Shown here: positions 12,159 to 22,992 of the stretch, in pieces
How positions within the stretch are numbered: position 1 is the first letter of the stretch
Layout of the letters: every line of letters begins with the position of its first letter
NCBI GenBank assembly: GCA_016906335.1
Contig: JADEYG010000001.1
Coordinates: 992,001-1,056,000 of the forward strand
Source of the DNA: Novakomyces olei
Taxonomy: Eukaryota
DNA: 64,000 nucleotides
Direction of reading: 5' to 3'
The notes under the pieces: generated by a model
Databases searched by the model: none
What the model was told of the DNA's origin: nothing
The model's input: the letters and a program-made list of their open reading frames with translations, nothing else
Program-made: the position numbers and the translations under genes

Positions 12159-12790
12159 TGTCATGATCCTCGCCTTGGCGAGTTCCTGACAACCGCGTTG
12201 GGAAGCGAGGGGCGACGCCTGCAGTCGGACTTGGGATGTCCGCGCGTCGCAAGCTTCGCCAACGCGGCCCAAGACCAGTCGGCGCGTAACGCGATGGTCT
12301 TGGGACGTAGAAGTTGTCTTAGTGCGCATGTAGGTACGCGCACTAAGCCAGCTTGGCCCACGGGAGCGAGGGGCTCCATGCACAATGTGCACGGACCTCG
12401 CTTCCCGTTCTCATTCTCGCACGCTAGCGAGTGCGACCCTTCGCACTCCGCTAGCGCGAGAACATTCATAGTTATTTCCATAGTCTAGTTTAGGTTGAGA
12501 GCTTCCCGCTCTAACTTGCGCGACCTTCGCACAAGTTAGTTTGGGAAGAGTAGTTTAGAGTGCGAAGGAGCATCCGCTCCTCCGCAGCTTAGTTTAGTTT
12601 ATAGTTGCCCGTGAAGGGCGAGAGGCCTTCACGGGTTGATTATCTCAAAGTGGGAGTAATATATTATATTACTCCTGGTAAGCCTTACAATAATCGCTTT
12701 CTGTTCCCTTGATTTCTGTAATTCCTTTACTTCTATTTAGACTATACACGACCGGTCTCCAGCGGTTGTAGTTGTAAGAACCGTCTTACA
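12159..12790 (+). repeat. LTR type A, unpaired, flanks not duplicated
   Basis: TGTCATGA..CTTACA. Near-identical to 47805-48434, 61040-61669 and 62951-63581. Flanks CACCA/ACAAG differ. Confidence 0.92.
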
Positions 12791-14661
12791 ACAAGCCAGA
12801 TCGTTTTAATAGAGACCCGACAGATTTTGTTGTACCGGATATATTGGAAGAAACAAATGAATATGAAGTGGATCATATTGTGCAACACAAAGGACGCGGT
12901 CGCGGAATACGATACTTAGTGCATTGGAAAGGATATGGCCCAGACGATCGCACTTGGGAGCCATACAGCAATTTAAGTCATGCACAAGAGGCTGTTGCCG
13001 ATTATCATGCGAAAAGGAAGACTTTAGCGTCTTAACTTTCTATTACGCTATATTGAATCACTTGAGTTAGCGTGCGTGCTAACACTGACGCTATATATAA
13101 AGTCAGCACTAATATTTTATTTTGATTATTACCTGCAATATTATTATTTTCGGTTACTTATATATTGGATTACTTACCAATAATTTATTTTTATTTGAGG
13201 ACGAGGAAAATTATTTCACTCTTAGCGGAAACCAAGCACGACAGCAATGTCGAACGCCTCGTCCCCAACACAATTTTTTGACGCTTCGGAGACCTCACCA
13301 GTTCAGGGGGGAGGTAAGCGACGACGCAAAGGCATGGGACCGATTCCCTGCGATCTTTGCGACGCACGATTTTATCGCGCCAGCGAACTTTCGAGACACG
13401 AGCACACGCACAACAAGGTGCTAAAAGAAAGTTTACAGTTATGGAAAAAGAACGCAGAAAATGCCACAAACTACGACTTGGGCATTTCGATACTACAAAG
13501 GGCTACACAAAAGAAGCCACAGATATGCGAACCAGAGACGCATGATAACGAAAAGTTTGCCGAAAACGTTATCAAAGATCTTCTACATGGAAGTCCGTGC
13601 AGCTTTGCAAAGACGAACGTCCGCGAATTGGACAACGAAGTCCATGTTTCTAACTTTGTACTACAATTCTTTACATCAAAGACCGATGGAGTTGCGGCGT
13701 ACAACATTGTCCCGAGTGAGGATATGATGAGGCTACTTAAGCCTTTCAAAGAGCATCAAAATCTAGCTTCTCTTTGGCTGTCTGCTGCATCGCCAGCGCC
13801 TCTTATAACCGATGTTCATGCCGACAACATTCTTTTGGCCAACACAATTATGTGTCTTTCTGGCAAGAAACTTGTTTTACCTGGCCACCGACGGATGAGA
13901 ACTTACGTCTGTTTGGACCCAGACACCGTCGCCACGGGGATCTATTCTTACCACTAGCGATTCGCTCTCTGTGCGGCCTCAAGTTAACATTCTTGACTGC
14001 CGGGAAAGCAATGACAATGGAACCGGGGACGTTACATGCGGTAATGACCCTCGAGAACTCTATTATCACTGGGTACTCGTTTGCATACACTCATTCGCGT
14101 CTCAAGCGTCTAGCCGTGTGGGATGCTGAGAGTGCAAAAGGAACGGATTTGGAACTTCAAGTTGAGAACGAGCACCAGGAAGCAATTGAAGTTTACCGAG
14201 CCACTCTTCCTGCTTATTACAACGCGAAAAAGAAGTTTATTTATTCAGGCTTACAGTTGTTACGCCTCGGGAGGGGAGAGTAGTGTTACGATTTAATTTA
14301 TTTCTATATTGTTATTGCGTCTTCGATAGCACCGACGCTATTGAAGCGCTAGTCTATTATTTGTTTGTTGTCTTTATTTAATATTTAATATTTATTATTT
14401 ATTGACTATTATTGTTCTGACTGCTTTTACTTGTTAGTTTGTTTAATCGTTTAAGTAGTTAGTGTTTCTAGAATATTCTACGTAGCGAGGATATAAATAG
14501 AGGTCCTGCTTCTACTTTTCTCGCTACGTGTAATCGAACTTTGGGGAGACCCAATCTATTAAAACCCAGTTCTATCTCTTAATTTCATCATAGTCCCAGA
14601 GCCGGCGTGAAATCCGGCAATTGGGTTCTCCTTTAGGCTTTCGCCTTCAACAACCATAACA
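12791..14661 (+). mobile_element. 3' end of a gypsy chromovirus, family B: chromodomain, JmjC cargo gene, PPT, 3' LTR 14284-14661
   Basis: YEVDHIV..YLVHWKGYGPDDRTWEP ends at 13035. PPT GGGAGGGGAGAG precedes TGTTAC..ATAACA. The LTR is repeated at 21212-21611. Confidence 0.88.
13247..14283 (+). pseudogene. C2H2-ZnF + JmjC cargo gene of family B; 1-bp frameshift in a T run near 13875 (real or assembly error)
   Basis: CDLC-x12-HEHTH, ITDVHAD, SGKK, then in the next frame TWPPTDENL and EPGTLHAV..GYSF. Confidence 0.8.
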
Positions 14662-17600
14662 AAGTAAGTGATTCAACAGACGATGAAAACATAATTACAT
14701 CTGCCAAAAACGAGGACGTTCTGGAATTGGACATTACAGAAGTTGCCTCAACTGCAACCAAGATACCAGAAGATAATCAGGAATTTAAAGATGTATTTGG
14801 CGAGCAAGAACAATTGGAACTACCGCCACACCGCTCATACGATCACGAAATCGTATTAGAGAAAGATGCCAAGATCCCATTCGGACCAGTTTATGGAACT
14901 ATACCGAAAGAACAAGACTATCTACTGAAGTACTTGGAAGAAAACTTGCAATCAGGATTTATTCGAAAATCTAAAAGTCCTGCTGCATCACCTGTACTAT
15001 TTGTACCGAAGAAAGACGGTGACCTTAGACTCTGTGTCGACTACAGAGCTTTAAACAAAGTTACAGTAAAGAACCGTTATCTTTTGCCGCGCATTGATGG
15101 ACTTATCGATAAGTTAGCGCAGGCCACCCACTTTACTAAACTAGATTTGCGAGGTGCATACAACCTCATCAGAATCAAGAAAGGAGACGAATGGAAAATA
15201 GCATTTCGAACTCGCTATGGATTATTTGAATACCGCGTAATTACAAATGCACCAGCGACGTTTCAAAATTTAATGAATGACATGTTTCGAGATATATTAG
15301 ATGTCAAAGTTTTGGTTTATCTAGACGACATTCTAGTATATAGCAAGACCCTTGAGCAACACCTTCAGGATGTTCGCGAAGTACTTTATCGCTTACGACA
15401 ACACACTTTATATGTGAAACTAGAAAAATGTGAATTTCACAAAGCTACCGTTGAATTTCTAGGATATATCATATCAAAAGATGGATTGTCAATGGCAAAA
15501 TCGAAAACAGAGCCAATACAAAACTGGCCACAGCCAAAGAATGTCAAAGACGTGCAAATTCTTTTAGGTTTCTGCAACTACTATCGCCGCTTTATCCCGA
15601 ATTTCTCGAAAATTGTATTACCAATAACTGAGTTACTCAAGCAAAAACCCGCATTCGCTTGGACCGCCGCTCAGAGCGACGCTTTTAGCGACTTGAAAAA
15701 ATCATTTCTAAAAAATGTTATGCTTGATCATATTGATAACAATTTGCAATGTGTCATTGAAACAGACGCTTCAGACTTTGCTTTAGGCGCCTGTCTACGA
15801 CAACAAAGCAAAGACAAACGACCTATCGCCTTCATTAGTAGAAAGCTACTATCAGCAGAGCTAAATTACGACATTTACGACAAAGAACTTTTGTGTATTG
15901 TGTGGAGTTTACGCACATGGCGTCATTATTTACATGGCTCACCACATCCTATACTGATCTACAGTGATCACCAAAACCTACAAACGTTTACAACATCAAA
16001 AATACTCACCAGACGACAAGCCAGATGGGCTGAGATCTTAGCTGAGTTCGATCTTAACATTATTCATCGAAGAGGTCAATTAAACATACCTGCTGACGCA
16101 TTGAGCCGCCGCTCCGACTTAGCAGATACTACGGATATTGAATATCAGAAGATACGATTAAAACCACTGCTTAAACAATCGCAGTTTATCGCAGTAAACA
16201 CCGTTGAAGAAAGCAAAACATTTGTGCCACCCGAGAATCGACAAGAGATTCTAGCAGCGTGTCATGATCACCCGCTATCTGGTCATTTAGGAATCAATAA
16301 AACCATTGATCTCGTCACCAGAAATTACTTTTGGCAGGGAATTCACCGCGACGTAAAGGAATACGTACAAGGCTGCACTACTTGCACCCGAAACAAGGTC
16401 TCCAGACATCGCCCTTATGAACTGCTGGTACCACTCTACATTCCCGACCGCCCTTGGAAGTCTATTTCTATCGACTTTATTGTTAAACTGCCTATTTCTA
16501 AATCCTTTGACCGATTTTCAAAGATGGCTCACTTTATACCAACAGTCGAAACAATTACATCTTTCGATCTCACGCACATTTTCATCAACGAAATTATCCG
16601 CCTACATGGAATCCCAGAAAACATCGTATCGGATCGTGATCCACGATTTGTCAGCAAATTTTGGAATTCACTAACGCAACAACTTGGTGTTACACTACGA
16701 AAGTCAACCAGCCACCATCCCCAAACAGATGGCCAAACGGAACGACTAAATCAAACTTTGGAACAGTACATACGCTGTTATTCTAATTACCAACAAGACA
16801 ATTGGTCTGATTTGCTCCCTTTTGCCGAATTCGCTTACAATAATACTATAAGCGCGAGCACCAAACAAAGCCCATTTTTTACTTGCTACGGTTATCACCC
16901 AAGAAGCGTTTTTACACCACTGCAGACGCCGAATGAATCTGCTAACAAACTTGTTATGGATTGGAAAAACCACTTTAATTCTACACAATCTATACTCAAA
17001 CAATCAGTTCAAAGAATGAAAGATTTTTATGATCGCAAACGACTGGAAGCACCCAAATTCAACATTGGCGACTTAGTTTGGATACGACGAGAACACATTT
17101 TATCTTCAGGACCAAGCCCAAAGCTCGATCATGTTTTCCTCGGGCCTTTTCCCATTATAGCTACAGTTGGCCCAGCCGCTTATCGCATTGAATTACGATC
17201 CATCCACGCTGCAAGAAATGAGATAACACTAGTGGCCTTGAGAACGATTTGGTTCAATGCGTTGTCAATAATCTGACATGGTGAACGGGACGTTAGATCT
17301 TTGAGGAGATCTTCACACTCGATGTCGACCGTATCGTAGGCTGCTTCATGGAGAGCTGTTTGGCGAGTGTTAGCGTGCGCAAATCCATACGCAGTGTACA
17401 ATTTAAAACCTAGCCGATTGGGCTCCGCCAAAAAGCTACGTCCTCTCGACGAGCATGCGGATAACACGACAAACTGGACGTCGGTCCTTACACCAGCAGG
17501 GACTGTAACAGACGTACACATTGATCCCATCATGTTCGGAACAGTCGTCTACGGTGTTTTCGGAACAAAAATGATTCTAACATGGCCGCCCACACCAGAG

Positions 17601-18161
17601 AATCTTTCCTGGTTTGGACCAATGTCGACAAAATCATCAGTTTGCATTGCGCGATGCCATCATCTACTTGCGCGGCCTGAAGTATTATATTCTCTCGGAG
17701 AATAGGTCAATCACTTTTCCACCAGGCACAGTCCACGGTGTTATCGCAATCACCGACTCTGCGCTGATGGGATACAACTTTGCCGTACTCGACAAGGACA
17801 TTACGAGACTTATCGAATGGGACGCAAACTTCGCAAAGGGTAAGGCTGAATTGACACGCGATGCGGTTGAAGAACATCGTGTTTGTCTTCGGCATTACGA
17901 AAAGGTTTTTAAGTCTTCTTTCTCTTCTTTTTCTTTTGATTTCAACAAAGGACTTCGACTTTTGAGAGGGGAGTGATGTTAGGGCAGAACGTTTACTTAG
18001 CAGTAGTGACTGCGAAGTAAACAAAGTATATAGGCTAGCGTGAAGAGCTTCCGCTCTTCACGGGTTAACTTAATATATTTTCTTCCTTCATATTTGTGTT
18101 TGTGTTACTTGTAATCCCTCTTCGGCCTAAAGTGCCTACAGTGTCCTGGGCGTTCTTTACA
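14662..18161 (+). mobile_element. Defective copy of family C: RT-RH-IN, internal deletion/inversion, JmjC remnant, PPT, atypical 185-bp LTR (17977-18161)
   Basis: Near-identical to the minus-strand element at 25243-31974. In-frame deletions remove MPFGL and SIFVVID. YLDD is retained. Confidence 0.9.
17383..17976 (+). pseudogene. Truncated, frameshifted JmjC cargo gene (family C)
   Basis: TDVHIDP and PPGTVHGV..GYNF, matching 25594-26583. Frameshift near 17622; zinc finger missing. Confidence 0.85.
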
Positions 18162-18315
18162 CCCTTGTGGTTAAACTATGAGAAAACTATTCTAGAACTA
18201 TCTAAGCCACATTAAACAAATAACTAAAAGTAATTAAAGTAATAAAGTGAAAAGTAGAATAAGACTCGTCGCTATATCAACCGTTCATAGCGGCATAAAT
18301 AGCGACTCCCTAACA
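18162..18315 (-). repeat. Partial LTR type C
   Basis: Matches ~25441-25593 and ends CCCTAACA. Confidence 0.85.
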
Positions 18316-18390
18316 CTTGCCACTACGCAATTCAAATCATATCCCTTGAATCGTATTTTTGCCATGTGTCGGCTAATACTTCTTGATTCT

Positions 18391-18847
18391 TGTAACCCCG
18401 AACCCTACCGGACTACCGGAGTTACCGCTTACGCCGAAGTTCCGATACGGAACTTCGTAACTAAAACTAATCTAAACAACTATGAACTACCGAAGTCCGT
18501 AATCGGTACTTCGGTCCGAACAAACTACGAACCATCTATAAGAAAGCCGGAGGCCCGAGCCTCCGAACAGCCGGGTTTCACAAGATGCCCCCTCTCAGCT
18601 CCGAGCTCCCGATCGGAGGAATTTCGGCACGTCGGTATTTCGGTATTTCGGTATTACTTATTTTTTAAAAGTAATAGATTGGTGTTGAAAACATTTTCAC
18701 CTTAGGCAAACCGACTAGAAACCAACCACAACATGTTGACTGAGATTATTGATATTGGTAAGCAAGTTAACGCATACTTCTAACCTCATTAGAACCTTCC
18801 GCGCTTGCCACCACGCCGTGTGAAAATTGTGTCCGCCGCGGATTTTC
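18391..18847 (-). mobile_element. Probable 3' end of another gypsy element (LTR I ~18391-18582, PPT, start of an antisense Cys-rich ORF)
   Basis: TGTAAC..TTCACA termini. On the minus strand GAGAGGGGG precedes the LTR. A plus-strand fragment encodes PCENCVRRG. Confidence 0.5.
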
Positions 18848-19174
18848 TGTTATGGGTCACAGTTCTGTGCTGAGTAAGTCTGAATAGGTTTGGCCAGTAA
18901 CACGATGGCCGTGCCAGGGAGTCGGAGTAGGAGAAAGCAAATAGATTTAAACTCAATTAAACTCGTAACTTTAAAACTTCAGTAACTTCAATAACCGTCA
19001 AATCTCAATAGGCGGCGTTGAAGGGCCTATTTATAGACTTGACTACTGACTAAACTAACAAGTACTATAGAACACTATAGAACTTTCTACGAACCGTGAG
19101 CTCAAGTTAACGGAAATACCGCAACTGAACTCTATTAGCGTTGGAAAACGCTAATTAATGTCATGCCTATGACA
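18848..19174 (-). repeat. LTR type H, unpaired
   Basis: TGTTAT..ATGACA; second copy at 22052-22355; minus-strand TATAAATA; flanks not duplicated. Confidence 0.85.
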
Positions 19175-20520
19175 ATGAACGAATTGCTGGATTAGAATTG
19201 CTTCGTTAACAATTTCTAGATCCATCGATCTCAGTTTGAGCTGCGTTGCATATTGACTAATGCTTCTTGTTCCTTGAGTAAAAGTAACAAATTTGCTGTA
19301 AGCTCGAGGTAGGTAATCATTAGGAACAATACTGCGTTCCAGATGATTAAGCATTTGATTGGCTGTTAGGCCTGTATTGTCCCTGAGTTTTTCAGCATAA
19401 ATAGCAGCGCTGGAGTCAAGAAACATGCTGATCAAATCGATATCTGAAATGCTTATAGCGTTTGCTCCAGTTTTGACATATGCCAGCCATTTCACCATAG
19501 TATTTCTCCATGATTGAAATTCCCTATGAGTCATTGGATGGCCATTAAGCTTTGTAGGCTCGGGAAGTTTGAATTTGAAATCCATATTAAGTTATTTAAT
19601 AAATTTATATTAAGACTTAAAATAGTGTATTAAAGTATGGTGGTGATTGTTTTCCTTCTTCCAAGTATTTTTTATAATTCGCTTCAATTTTGTTTGGATC
19701 CTCGCCCTTGAAAAGACGAATCCTAAATCGGTCCTCAACGATACTGTACAACAAATATTTCGTTTTCTTTTTATTGTGTAATTCTTTGATACGTTTAGCC
19801 ACCAAGCAATTATAAGTCTCTTCGTATTTCACTCTGGCAGCGGCCTTGCTCGTCCAATGGGCTTGCTTGTCAAAAATTTCCTCTTCGGTTAATGGTGGTC
19901 TGCTTGGAGCTTTGAGTGGCGTCGAAGGTGTCGGAAGAGGGGCCGGAATCGGGGTCGGAAGTGGTTTCGGAAGAGGTGTTGGAAGGGGTTTAGAAAGCGT
20001 TTCAATTTTCTTACGCTCCTTAAAAGCCTCTGAACGGCGAGCGTTTCTTTCTCTTCTCTTTGACAGCTGAAGAGTCAAGCTGGAAGAGGTTCGAACACTC
20101 TGGTCGGCAGGTCCAGACTCAGAGTTTTGTTTTCGCTCCTTGGATTCCGGGTATTGACGGCTATGTCCAGTCAACACCTTATCCTTAGGAGGATCGGTTT
20201 TCGCCTGGCGCAAAAGATTTGCAAAAGGCTCAGAGAAAACGTGTCGATAAATCCGTCGGCGTTGTCCAGACGGGGGAGTCACTGTCTTGGTTAGCAGTGA
20301 AAAAATTTGTTAGGTTACAGAGGTACACTCACTGTTGTAACCTTATTTATTAAATAAATAAAAAAAATAGACTTGTTTCTAAACTATGGGATAGGTCCTC
20401 TATTTACAGACTTGCCAAGAGATAGGGTAGATATCCTATCTATGGCATGATCCAGTAAATGGCGTGATTGCCAAGAGTTTTTTATGCCAAGAGTTCTCAC
20501 GCCAAGAGATAACAAGAAGA
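19175..20520 (-). mobile_element. 5' fragment of an E-related gypsy element (E'): LTR from 20308 rightwards (far end uncertain), ORF0, gag start
   Basis: gag MDFKFKLPEP (ATG 19585) is homologous to the ORF at 37405. The LTR end TGTTAG..CTCACTGTTGTAAC resembles 38176. Confidence 0.8.
19617..20297 (-). CDS. Met-free ORF0 upstream of gag (E'), basic and proline-rich
   Basis: Open ~226 codons and homologous to 37450-38166. The in-frame CTG at 20297 is the proposed start. Confidence 0.6.
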   Translation of the reverse strand: MLTKTVTPPSGQRRRIYRHVFSEPFANLLRQAKTDPPKDKVLTGHSRQYPESKERKQNSESGPADQSVRTSSSLTLQLSKRRERNARRSEAFKERKKIETLSKPLPTPLPKPLPTPIPAPLPTPSTPLKAPSRPPLTEEEIFDKQAHWTSKAAARVKYEETYNCLVAKRIKELHNKKKTKYLLYSIVEDRFRIRLFKGEDPNKIEANYKKYLEEGKQSPPYFNTLF

Positions 20521-20677
20521 TAGCTTCCCAAAATAGATTCTTTAATGATGATTAGGGTTAGTTAGGGTTTAATTATTATTTGATAATCTTAAGTCATATT
20601 GGATTAATAATTATAATCTTTAATTAAAGTTTTCTATTTTGGGAACACTTTTTTTATTATTACACCTATTTTTTAAC

Positions 20678-20840
20678 AAAGGAGGCCGAATTGGCGGCCG
20701 CCAGGTCCAAGGAAGCGGCAAGGGCCAAGAAAGCAAGGGCGAAGGAGGCCGAATTGGCGGCCGCCAGGGCCAAGGAGATTGCCAGGGCAAAGGAAGCGGC
20801 AAGGGCGAAGGAGATCGCAAGGGCGAAGAAGGCCGCCAAA
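20678..20840 (+). repeat. Degenerate ~18-bp GC-rich tandem repeat encoding (AARAKE)n
   Basis: Recurring GCAAGGGC(C/G)AAGGA units in an AT-rich context. Confidence 0.55.
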
Positions 20841-21211
20841 ATTAGGATCGAGTTTGCAAAGGCTTGCGAAGGGTATGGGTTACTTAGGTTAGGGTTAAAC
20901 TCCTATTATATTGAGGGGCAGAGTTGAGGTTGAAAACGCCAGAATTGTTAAGAATGGAGGTTGGGTGTTGTTGAAAGTGTTGACACAACGTCTGTGTCCG
21001 GTTCAGTGTCATCACGGTCAGTAAACACGCTGAATTTCCAGCAGGGGGTCGTCAGGAAAACTTGGTGTTACTAAACTCATACTAATAAAATTAGTTAATA
21101 ATAAAAGGCTCTGAGGAATATGTTTTACACTTCGCAATATTAAAATCTACAACTTGTAGTGTCCACGTGTTTAAGAGAAATAGTCTTGGCTTTTAGCTGT
21201 AGCTCCCTTAA

Positions 21212-21611
21212 TGTTACGATTTAATTTATTTCTATATTGTTATTGCGTCTTCGATAGCACCGACGCTATTGAAGCGCTATATTATTATTTGTTTGTTGTC
21301 TTTATTTAATATTGAATATTTATTTAAATATTTACTTATTATTTATTATTTATTGACTATTATTGTTCTGACTGCTTTTACTTGTTAGTTTGTTTAATCG
21401 TTTAAGTAGCTAGTGTTTCTAGAATATTCTACGTAGCGAGGATATAAATAGAGGTCCTGCTTCTACTTTTCTCGCTACGTGTAATCGAACTTTGGGGAGA
21501 CCCAATCTTTTAAACCCAGTTCTATCTCTTAATTTCATCATAGTCCTAGAGCCGGCGTGAAATCCGGCAATTGGGTTCTCCTTTAGGCTTTCGCCTTCTA
21601 CAACCATAACA
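21212..21611 (+). repeat. Solo LTR type B with TSD CTTAA
   Basis: CTTAA|TGTTAC..ATAACA|CTTAA; matches 14284-14661. Confidence 0.93.
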
Positions 21612-21859
21612 CTTAACCTTTACCTAGTGGACCCTTATCGAAAGGCAACGTGCTATCTGCCGCCTAAGGGGATTACTCGCCGCCGTGGCTAGACTCAAGC
21701 CGCTAGTTACCTAGTTGCGGGCCGACCCGTAACAACTGGAAAGCATTATTAGAGACCGTGTCACAATTTTGTCTCTGATTAAAACTCCAAATTTGGGGAA
21801 AGAATTCGAAACGTTCCCATTAATTGAACTAAAAAATAGGTATTATTAAGCAATGTCTT

Positions 21860-22616
21860 TAGAATCCAATATAACAGTCCTATCCAAATATTTTATTCGG
21901 ATCAAGCTCCTAAGCTGCTCAAAGCGGGAATATATCTTAAACTGCATGGGGCAGAACATTTCACTTCTGGTACAGGAATACACCAACAAAACGGCAAAGC
22001 GGAGCAAAATATAAGGTCGGTAAATAACATTATACGATTCCTAATGCTACGTGTTATGAGTTCCAGTTCTGTGCTGAGTAACACGATGGCCGTGCCAGGG
22101 AGTCGGAGTAGGAGAAAGCAAATAGATTTAAACTCAATTAAACTCGTAACTTTAAAACTTCAGTAACTTCAATAACCGTCAAATCTCAATAGGCGGCGTT
22201 GAAGGGCCTATTTATAGACTTGACTACTGACTAAACTAACAAGTACTATAGAACACTATAGAACTTTCTACGAACCGTGAGCTCAAGTTAACGGAAATAC
22301 CGCAACTGAACTCTATTAGCGTTGGAAAACGCTAATTAATGTCATGCCTATGACACTACGCGCTGAACTTCACTAGAGTTATGGTGCGACGCTAGTCTTG
22401 TGGCCGCTCTTTTATTTAATTCTACTATGCGCTATGAGATGTGAGTAGCGATTACCATCCCCTACCGTGCAGTCTTCTACAGCCAGCCTATTCTAAGTCA
22501 CACACTGCCGTTTGGATCCGATTGCATTGCCTATCGTGTACTATATATGAGAAAAGTCTCTTCTCAGAAGTCGGATATAAGGCAATCTACCTACGACTAG
22601 TAAACATGACTCTCGA
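21860..22616 (+). pseudogene. Degenerate Ty1/copia integrase remnant interrupted by solo LTR H
   Basis: Manual translation IQIFYSDQA..HFTSGTGIHQQNGKAEQNIRS..ML|RAEL*..WCDA..LFN..PY..HTLPFGSDC..KAIYL follows the copia integrase layout. Confidence 0.6.
22052..22355 (-). repeat. Solo LTR type H with TSD CTACG
   Basis: CTACG|TGTTAT..ATGACA|CTACG. Confidence 0.92.
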
Positions 22617-22992
22617 TGTTAGGGGGTGACTCAATACAAAGTAATCTTAAGTCGGCCAAGATCACACGTTGGCCTTGACAGGGAGTAACAAAGGATAGGC
22701 AGATAGAAGAACTAATCTCAAGACACTTATATTAAGCGGAACCTTGGTTGTTGTAACGCCCCGAACCCAGTAGAAGAACTCCTCGTCTTATACTTGGGCT
22801 CGGCTCGTTACTTGCCGAAGATCCCACTCTACGAAACTATTAAAGTAACTAACTTATTGCAGAAGTGCTAGAGTCTGCGCTCCAAGCGCTACTCTAAGCA
22901 ACTTCCTACAATACAACTAAATAAACTAACTAACTAAACTACGAAGTTGCTTACTCAAGTGCTCCCAGCACCTTTCTAAGCAACCCCTGACA

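Noticed and set aside
12135-12488. Recurrent short ORFs inside LTRs A, C and D
   Set aside because: They recur only because the LTR recurs; the sequence is GC-rich and stop-poor, with no recognisable domain.
13247-14283. Extra ORF as an env gene
   Set aside because: It occupies the env position but has no signal peptide or transmembrane segment; it has NLS-like, zinc-finger and JmjC motifs instead.
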